A DNA stretch of 64,000 bases, from contig JANLHL010000042.1 of NCBI GenBank assembly GCA_024654535.1, forward strand, positions 13,312 to 77,311. Direction: 5' to 3'. The position numbers were made by a program, and so were the translations under genes. This document shows, piece by piece, positions 57,547 through 64,000 of the stretch. The stretch's first letter is position 1; the number at the start of each line of letters is the position of its first letter. Source of the stretch: Candidatus Roizmanbacteria bacterium. GTDB taxonomy: Bacteria > Patescibacteriota > Microgenomatia > UBA1406. Below the pieces are notes generated by a model. That model worked only from the letters and a program-made list of their open reading frames with translations, was not told the origin of the DNA and did not search any database.

Positions 57547-58774
57547 CTGCATATCCTTTCTGTAGCTCGCCAAGTAGTAATGAATAATCTGCGCCATTTA
57601 TAACACCGTCGCAGTTAAGATCTCCAACTGTAAGATCGGCTGAGGTAGTTTTGTAAAATAAATTCTTAACAGTTAAAAGATCACGCATATCTGCTATACC
57701 ATTCTGAACTGCAATGTCACCAAGCGGCACAGCAACTGCACTTAAGTTAGCATCGAGTGAAGTAGTTGTTGTGCCTATAGTAATTGAGCCGCTACTACAG
57801 TTATATCGACCATTTGTACCATTTTGTGGGTTGAGCACACAAAATCTTTTTTGCGTATGATGTGGACCTTTTATCAGTATTTGATAATCAGGAGCTGCTA
57901 CCACATTGTCAAATTGAGTTGTTGCAGAGAAAGTACCATCAGTATTTGCTGTAAACGAAACATTGGATTTGCTGAGACGTGTGTTCGTAGACTGTGATAC
58001 TAGTTGAACCTTGCCCTTTATTGTGCTACATGCTTGTGGCACTGAATTTGTGAATGGATTGAATCGAACTTTTGTTTTTAGTTCTACCGTTTTTCCGTTC
58101 CCTCCTGAACCCTGATGATTAACTGCTATATGGAGTGTTTTTAGCAAACGATCATTATCAGTACCCAATTCGTTTTGGGGCAAAAGCGCGAATTTGTAGT
58201 TTGCTATGGGTCCAACGGCACTACTTGGTGCTGAGACGAAAATAATATTTGCTGGATCGGCGGTGAGAAGTCGAAAGGTAAGTGTAAATAAAACTTGATT
58301 TGATAGTTCATTTGTAGAGCGGTCGGATACTAAAGTGAGTTGTAGTAATTTACCTTCATTAAAGTCTCTTACTTTCTCAAATACAGGAGTAAACATAGGT
58401 GTATTATTTGTATCCTTTGTGAGAACGGTCACCGCTTCATACGCGATACTATTAATACCTACTTGATTGTAATTGAAGAAAAAATTTGTGGCAGAAAGCT
58501 TTTCTGTAGCAACTGCGGAAACCTTAACAGTAATAACATCTCCAGGGTTTCCAGTAATAGTACATGATCGATTAGTGGACGTTGTTACACAATCACCGAC
58601 GCTCATAGACACGTTCACCGACGGTCCGGTTTGTGCTGCCGCTTTGCTTTTATAAGTTTGTTTTATCCCAATCTGTAGTAAAAGACTTACAAGGCTGAGG
58701 GCTAAACCAACTATTACCAATAGTACTACAGTGGAAATGTGACTCTGTTTGTGCCATTTTTGTATCGTATTCAT
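57536..58774 (-). CDS. Cohesin-like + dockerin-domain protein
   Basis: TM...SKAA; cohesin-like N-terminal domain; IKGP.H..K; tandem GDI..QNG..D..D and GDLNCDGVINGADYS Ca-binding loops. Confidence 0.7.
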   Translation of the reverse strand: MNTIQKWHKQSHISTVVLLVIVGLALSLVSLLLQIGIKQTYKSKAAAQTGPSVNVSMSVGDCVTTSTNRSCTITGNPGDVITVKVSAVATEKLSATNFFFNYNQVGINSIAYEAVTVLTKDTNNTPMFTPVFEKVRDFNEGKLLQLTLVSDRSTNELSNQVLFTLTFRLLTADPANIIFVSAPSSAVGPIANYKFALLPQNELGTDNDRLLKTLHIAVNHQGSGGNGKTVELKTKVRFNPFTNSVPQACSTIKGKVQLVSQSTNTRLSKSNVSFTANTDGTFSATTQFDNVVAAPDYQILIKGPHHTQKRFCVLNPQNGTNGRYNCSSGSITIGTTTTSLDANLSAVAVPLGDIAVQNGIADMRDLLTVKNLFYKTTSADLTVGDLNCDGVINGADYSLLLGELQKGYADEN

Positions 58775-58796
58775 TATATATGTTTGTTTATAACTT

Positions 58797-60278
58797 TCAC
58801 TGAGCTACCGGTGTTGGTGTTGCAACAATAATATCGATTGTTCTTTTTCCAGTAGTCCATTCATCAGTATCCCATACCACATTTTTTTCTTGAGCAGTAG
58901 TTGATGTGTATGTAAACTCTTGTGCCCTTTCAGGTACTCCTGTAACGCCGACTACTATATAGCTAGAAGGGTTGTATTGAATGCCTGCTCCTGCCTTACA
59001 AACACCACTTTGAATATCTGTTGTGAGAGTTGTTGTGTTTGTGTTTCGATTATCATGTCGACAAGAATTTACTCCCTGAGATTGAAGAAAGCTAGTACTG
59101 CATTGCCCAGAACTCGTAAGACACTGCAGTCTATACACGTTCGCGGCAACTGGCTCACCTTGTTGATTTTTTATATTTATTTGTACTTGCGATACAGGGG
59201 TTGGCGTAGGTGGTATCGGCGTGGGTGTGCTTGTTGGGACATATTTGAGTGCGCGAATTTTCTCAAAATCGACGATATCTACAATTTCATCACCATTTAA
59301 ATCTTGTGATTTGTATGTGCTTGCATAGGTAAATTCTTCTTTCCAAACTCCAATATTTGGTTCACACGCAGTTGTGCAATTTGCAGGGTTTGCAACTCTC
59401 AGTGGTTTGCACATGTACCCCTGAGTACTGGTTGTCCTGTGTGCAGCATTTGCTGTATAGTCGTTGGCAACACTCTCTATACTCCAGTTTAGATATCTAT
59501 TATTAGGGAAAATATTTCGAGAAACTACTAAGTCTGTCTGAGAGCCAGTATAGGCATGTTGGATAGATTTTGTGCTTTTCCAAATATCTGTTGAGTCTGC
59601 TACGAGCCATAGTGGTGAGGGTATATCAGGGTATTCTGATCGAAAAACGTAATCTGTCGTTTCTACTGAAGGAGATTTTGACCATTGAAACGTTGCTGTC
59701 CAGCCGTCATTACTACACACGGGTGGTTCCGTAAGCTTGGCAGGAGGTAAAAGCACAATAGTTGGAGTTGGGGTAGGAGGAACAGACGTTGGAGTTGGCG
59801 GGTTTTGAGCGCTCGTAGGGGTCGCAGTCGGTGGATTTCCAGTGCCCGTTGGTGTGGGTGTATTTCCTCCGCCATTTCCACAACTTGTGTCGGCTGTACA
59901 CACATCTGCGACCGCATCGGGGCACTTTGTATCGGTACAAGTACCATTCCACGTTTGTTTATAGTCGTATACAATCCCTGTACGTCTATCACCGATAGAA
60001 CATGAACCCGCACCACATGTCCCATTTATTGTTTCTGTTCGTCGGCAACTTGCGCTGCACTGTGGTTGGGGTGTTGGCGTGATCGTGGGAGGGATTGGGG
60101 TGTTAGTTGACAAGGGTGGGCAATCAGATTGAAAATCAACGCATGTAACGCCATCAGAGCATAGTGTTTGACCAGAATAGCAGCTTGCGTAGATATAACT
60201 ACGTGGAAAAACAAGAACAAATACATATGCACATAGAGCAATTGCTAACGACATAAAAACCACCGTATTTATTTTCAT
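58797..60278 (-). CDS. Secreted Cys-rich/PT-repeat protein with dockerin-like loop
   Basis: Signal; Cys-rich modules; multiple PTPT linkers; DLNGDEIVDIVDF. Confidence 0.65.
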   Translation of the reverse strand: MKINTVVFMSLAIALCAYVFVLVFPRSYIYASCYSGQTLCSDGVTCVDFQSDCPPLSTNTPIPPTITPTPQPQCSASCRRTETINGTCGAGSCSIGDRRTGIVYDYKQTWNGTCTDTKCPDAVADVCTADTSCGNGGGNTPTPTGTGNPPTATPTSAQNPPTPTSVPPTPTPTIVLLPPAKLTEPPVCSNDGWTATFQWSKSPSVETTDYVFRSEYPDIPSPLWLVADSTDIWKSTKSIQHAYTGSQTDLVVSRNIFPNNRYLNWSIESVANDYTANAAHRTTSTQGYMCKPLRVANPANCTTACEPNIGVWKEEFTYASTYKSQDLNGDEIVDIVDFEKIRALKYVPTSTPTPIPPTPTPVSQVQINIKNQQGEPVAANVYRLQCLTSSGQCSTSFLQSQGVNSCRHDNRNTNTTTLTTDIQSGVCKAGAGIQYNPSSYIVVGVTGVPERAQEFTYTSTTAQEKNVVWDTDEWTTGKRTIDIIVATPTPVAQ

Positions 60279-60285
60279 ACTACAT

Positions 60286-62250
60286 TTATTTAACACTTTT
60301 TTGTAACTGTTGTAAATACTTTTTTGCATCGGGATAATCTCTCTTTAATTGTAACGTTTTATTCAGTAATTGCACAGCTTTTTCTTTGTCAGATTCAGAC
60401 TGTATGAGCGCCTCAGCATAAAAGTTTCTCGGATCTGTAGGTGCTATTTTTTGAGCTTGTTCAAAATCTTTGAGGGCTGTTTGAAAAAAAGATTTGCTTT
60501 TCTTGTCATCGTCGGCAAACACAAGGCTTAAAAGGTAATCTGTTTTTCCAGCAGTTCTCCAGTAATTCACATTGAACGGTGATACTGATAAAATTTCTTT
60601 TCGTGCATTTTGTGCTTGTTTCGCAAAGTTTTGGGCATTCTTTTTATCTCCACTAGTTGAAGAATAAAGAGCAATTTGAGCCGATAAATAGGCCTGTTCG
60701 TCGGCATAACTTGGTTCATATCGTGTATCGATCGCTTTTTGTATCATCGTATAGGCATTTGAAATATCATCCTGTTGGCTGTATTTTTTTGAAAGCGCAT
60801 AGTATTTGTCCGCATTGTAGTAGTCGGCAACAGAGGCAACTGCATAGGTAAGAAGCATGAGAAAGAATATATATAACCATTTTGGTGGGCGTGGAACAGT
60901 TTTAAACTGTGGCTTTGTAATAAGAAGAATCAAAAAAGGAATGAGATAAAAATATAAGTTGATGGTCGTTGTTGAAAAGCCAAAGAAATTCGTCACAAAT
61001 ATGGCGCTCAATATGCTGAGTGCGAGTATCCCAGTATGTTTATAGCGAGAATCATGTCGTAGAGTGTACAGCGCGAGCCATACGACAGCACCAAAAAAAA
61101 GTAAATACGTGCTGACCCCAACAAAACCGCTCGTAGCTGCATAATTAAGCACTTCGTTATGCGCTTTGTTATATACGTAATTCCATTCTGATGTGGCATT
61201 ATGGGCTAAGGGGCGAGTGAAATAGTATGAGTAAGCAAATGTTTCAACACCACTACCTAAAAGAGGGTAGCGTTGTGCAACGTCTAATGCACCTCTCCAT
61301 ACGATGAGACGAATGACAGAGGAGGGGGTTATTACTTCATTATTCGCCGTTGTTATTTTTTCCTGACTTGCTTGTTGTTCAGTTGTTGGTACGAATTCGA
61401 ATTCGTTGCGTATCATTGGTCCAATGCTAAAGAGTGCCATGCTTGCAATAATAAACACAACAAGAGCTACTTTTTTTCGCAGTTTTATACTATACGCGAG
61501 CCATAAAGCAGCGATGATACCAAACGCGATATATGCAGAACGAGACCGCGTCCATACCATTTCAAGACTGTACAATATGGCACACGTCGTTAAGAAGATA
61601 GTATTTATGAGTGCTGAGAATTTGGTAGCCAATTTTTGTTCCGTAACAACAAAGTAGAGTACAAGTGAGAGCTGTATCAACAGGTAAGCAGCAAACCAAT
61701 TGGGTTGTCCCAGTGTACCAAAAATACGCTGAGTTGGATCAAATGAATTTGTCCAGCACGCTGCATTGAACTGTTTTGATGTAATAAAGCAAATAATGTC
61801 ATAGCCAAAATGAGAGGGAAGTGCCCACAGTGCAGTTACTATTCCGCCGAAAATTCCCCAGCGAAATACTGTGTGGATATCCTTTCGTAAAAGTAGGACA
61901 TATGTGCTTATACCGAGTGCGTTATACGCAAGCAAAGACATGAGTCCACCGTTGAATCGCGAATAGTATCCGTAGAGAGAAACATGTTTATCTATAGAAA
62001 AGTATGTTGAAGCTATTTGAGAGAGAATAAATAAACCAAGGCTTCCCAACAGTATTTTTAAACGCATTGGAAGTGGCAAACGTTGCTTGGAATAATAATA
62101 AATGCGGTATGCAGTTATCGGTATGAGTCCAAGTGCATAGAGATAAATACTAAGCATTTTAGGAAATTCAAATAACTCGTTCGATTGGATAGAAAAAATC
62201 AGAGGAATTATAAAAAACATACTGCCGATAATGTGGGCGTATACATTCAT
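60286..62250 (-). CDS. O-antigen ligase/O-oligosaccharyltransferase-like (Wzy_C) membrane protein with TPRs
   Basis: FE.PK, G.Y.R..GL, R..GTLGQPN, T.SR, R...W..A...PL.G.G..F, AHNE; TPR C-terminus. Confidence 0.85.
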   Translation of the reverse strand: MNVYAHIIGSMFFIIPLIFSIQSNELFEFPKMLSIYLYALGLIPITAYRIYYYSKQRLPLPMRLKILLGSLGLFILSQIASTYFSIDKHVSLYGYYSRFNGGLMSLLAYNALGISTYVLLLRKDIHTVFRWGIFGGIVTALWALPSHFGYDIICFITSKQFNAACWTNSFDPTQRIFGTLGQPNWFAAYLLIQLSLVLYFVVTEQKLATKFSALINTIFLTTCAILYSLEMVWTRSRSAYIAFGIIAALWLAYSIKLRKKVALVVFIIASMALFSIGPMIRNEFEFVPTTEQQASQEKITTANNEVITPSSVIRLIVWRGALDVAQRYPLLGSGVETFAYSYYFTRPLAHNATSEWNYVYNKAHNEVLNYAATSGFVGVSTYLLFFGAVVWLALYTLRHDSRYKHTGILALSILSAIFVTNFFGFSTTTINLYFYLIPFLILLITKPQFKTVPRPPKWLYIFFLMLLTYAVASVADYYNADKYYALSKKYSQQDDISNAYTMIQKAIDTRYEPSYADEQAYLSAQIALYSSTSGDKKNAQNFAKQAQNARKEILSVSPFNVNYWRTAGKTDYLLSLVFADDDKKSKSFFQTALKDFEQAQKIAPTDPRNFYAEALIQSESDKEKAVQLLNKTLQLKRDYPDAKKYLQQLQKSVK

Positions 62251-62371
62251 GCAATCATGATAACATAACCCCATACTGTTTTCGACGAAGCCGAAACCTG
62301 GGACAGAGCAAATATAAATATCCAATTCGTCCTCGCTTTGAGAAAGTGCGAATGTATACTATACTGTACCC

Positions 62372-63457
62372 ATGCGAAGACGTAAAACTGTGTTTGGGAT
62401 GTATACACTAACTCGTGTATTCGATTGGTTTTCTACGCTGTTTGCAAATGTTCCTTTTGTTGGTGTTGATTTGGCGAGCGTGTCAACGCGTGTCTATTTA
62501 CAGGAAAAAGGAATAGTAGTGCGAGAGAAAACATATGCGGTTCGTAATCAGAAAAGTTCCACATTTATAGCGTTTGGGAATGAAGCATACGATATGGTTG
62601 GCAAAACACCTCCCGATCTTACCGTTTTTGCACCTATTGACAGGGGAAGGGTAAGTGACTTCGATGGACTTGTTTATTTTTTGCGACATGTACTAGAGCG
62701 CGCTTTTGCGCCATATCCTCAGTTTTCCCCAAATGCATTCAACATGATTATATCCGTCCCTATAGGATTGACAGAAGTAGAGGAAATGGCGCTCGTTGAA
62801 GTTGGTAAAAAAGTAGGTGGTAGAAAGGTACTAATAGTAGAAACACCTCTTGCAGCAGGATTTGGATTACGCTTACCTATAATGGAAAATATGGGTAATT
62901 GTATAGTAGATATTGGAGGTGGAACAACTGAAATAAGCGTACTGTCGCTTGGTGGAATTGTCGTATCTCGAGTATTAAAAATTGGTGGCATCGATTTTAA
63001 CGAGGCTATCATTAATTATTTGCGTATGCGCTACGGCATACTTATTGGCAATCCTTCGGCTGAAGAAATAAAGCTGTCATTGGGCTCTGTGTTGGAAAAT
63101 CAAGACTTTTCCTTGGATATTAGTGGTCGAAGCATAGAAACTGGCATGCCAAAAACGGTAAAGGTAAAAAACCATTTGCTGTATGAGCCACTGTATCCTT
63201 ACTTTGGTCAGATTCAAGACGCCATACGCGAGATTATAGAAGAAACGCCACCCGAGCTTATAACCGACATTACTAAGAAAGGAATCATCCTCTCTGGAAT
63301 GTCAGCAAAATTCATAGATTTAGCGAAATATTTATCACGTGATTTAGGTATGAGTGTTGTTTTAAGCGATGATCCTGCAGATAGTGTGGTAAAAGGTTTG
63401 GGCTGGCTTATCGAGCATCCTCTCATCATGGAGAAGGTAGTAATAAAATTTAATTAG
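62372..63457 (+). CDS. mreB: Divergent second MreB paralog
   Basis: VDLAS (divergent phosphate-1), M.GKTP, DIGGGTTEI, GR..ETG.PK, ETPPEL..DI. Confidence 0.85.
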   Translation: MRRRKTVFGMYTLTRVFDWFSTLFANVPFVGVDLASVSTRVYLQEKGIVVREKTYAVRNQKSSTFIAFGNEAYDMVGKTPPDLTVFAPIDRGRVSDFDGLVYFLRHVLERAFAPYPQFSPNAFNMIISVPIGLTEVEEMALVEVGKKVGGRKVLIVETPLAAGFGLRLPIMENMGNCIVDIGGGTTEISVLSLGGIVVSRVLKIGGIDFNEAIINYLRMRYGILIGNPSAEEIKLSLGSVLENQDFSLDISGRSIETGMPKTVKVKNHLLYEPLYPYFGQIQDAIREIIEETPPELITDITKKGIILSGMSAKFIDLAKYLSRDLGMSVVLSDDPADSVVKGLGWLIEHPLIMEKVVIKFN

Positions 63458-63463
63458 GTACTA

Positions 63464-63886
63464 CTATTCCCACACAATGTTTAGGGTTGAAGGGTCTATT
63501 TTTTTACCTATCCACCAGTCTAAGGCATTTTTTTTTGCCTCTTCTTTATTTTCACCGTAGAGAGTGATGGTATATACATAGTCTCCTGCATAGTTAATCA
63601 TAAAAGACGGTTCTTTATGTGGCATTAGGTAAAGAAGAGGAGTCTGTTTTTTATAGTCTATTAGAGATTTTTCATATTCTATATCGAGCTTACCTTGTTT
63701 TGTAGCATTTGTGATTATTTCCTGTGGAAGTGTAGGAATTAACGTGGGCGAGGTGTTTATATTTGTTATTAATTTTTTATCATTACGTCGGATAAGTAAA
63801 AAAATTCCTGTTGCAAAAAAAACACTAATTAATAAAAATATAACAATCCTTTTGCTTAATGGTAAATATTTATAAAACATATCCAA
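63464..63886 (-). CDS. Membrane-anchored hypothetical protein
   Basis: TM + PT; C-terminal ALDWW...KIDP..L.I.W resembles the C-terminus of 49695..50429. Confidence 0.55.
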   Translation of the reverse strand: MDMFYKYLPLSKRIVIFLLISVFFATGIFLLIRRNDKKLITNINTSPTLIPTLPQEIITNATKQGKLDIEYEKSLIDYKKQTPLLYLMPHKEPSFMINYAGDYVYTITLYGENKEEAKKNALDWWIGKKIDPSTLNIVWE

Positions 63887-64000
63887 ATCCGATCGTCTTA
63901 TGATCTGTACTGTTAACGTTGTCTACAGTATATATTGTTTCGCCAGTATTCTCATCTTTTGAAGTTGTTAAACCTAACCAAACACATTTACGTGAATTAT

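Noticed and set aside
1..64000. Alternative genetic code (UGA=Gly, as in Gracilibacteria/SR1)
   Set aside because: Conserved genes are intact under code 11 and several end in TGA (e.g. trxA, tyrS).

Overview
64-kb AT-rich bacterial window using the standard code 11 (TGA = stop, tRNA-Trp CCA). Gene content points to a Patescibacteria/CPR genome, most likely Microgenomates and possibly Roizmanbacteria-like; this is inference from the archaeal-type TyrRS, ATP-citrate lyase modules, split ComEC, PaaX-like regulator, PEGA protein, sortase and scattered housekeeping genes. Housekeeping: leuS, tyrS, ndk, pth, fmt, def, tatD, galT, trxA, rpmB, rpmG (missed by the ORF track), rplJ, rplL, two mreB paralogs and three tRNAs (Arg-CCT, Trp-CCA, Thr-GGT). 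Surface systems: a cohesin/dockerin operon with a sortase-anchored cohesin, a TasA/SipW-like fibre operon, two WxL-like/DUF916-like gene pairs, a GH+CHAP hydrolase and a glycosyltransferase cluster. Non-coding signals: a cobalamin-riboswitch-like leader carrying four copies of one ACGTTC/GAACGT hairpin ahead of a non-B12 Zn-finger gene, a dispersed ~7-nt-periodic inverted-repeat family, small palindromes inserted into coding sequences, a ~105-nt hairpin between tatD and the Xaa-Pro aminopeptidase gene, and pervasive leaderless promoter geometry (-10 box 6 nt before ATG). No CRISPR array, rRNA, integrase or transposase was seen. All calls are by eye from motifs; no database search was run.
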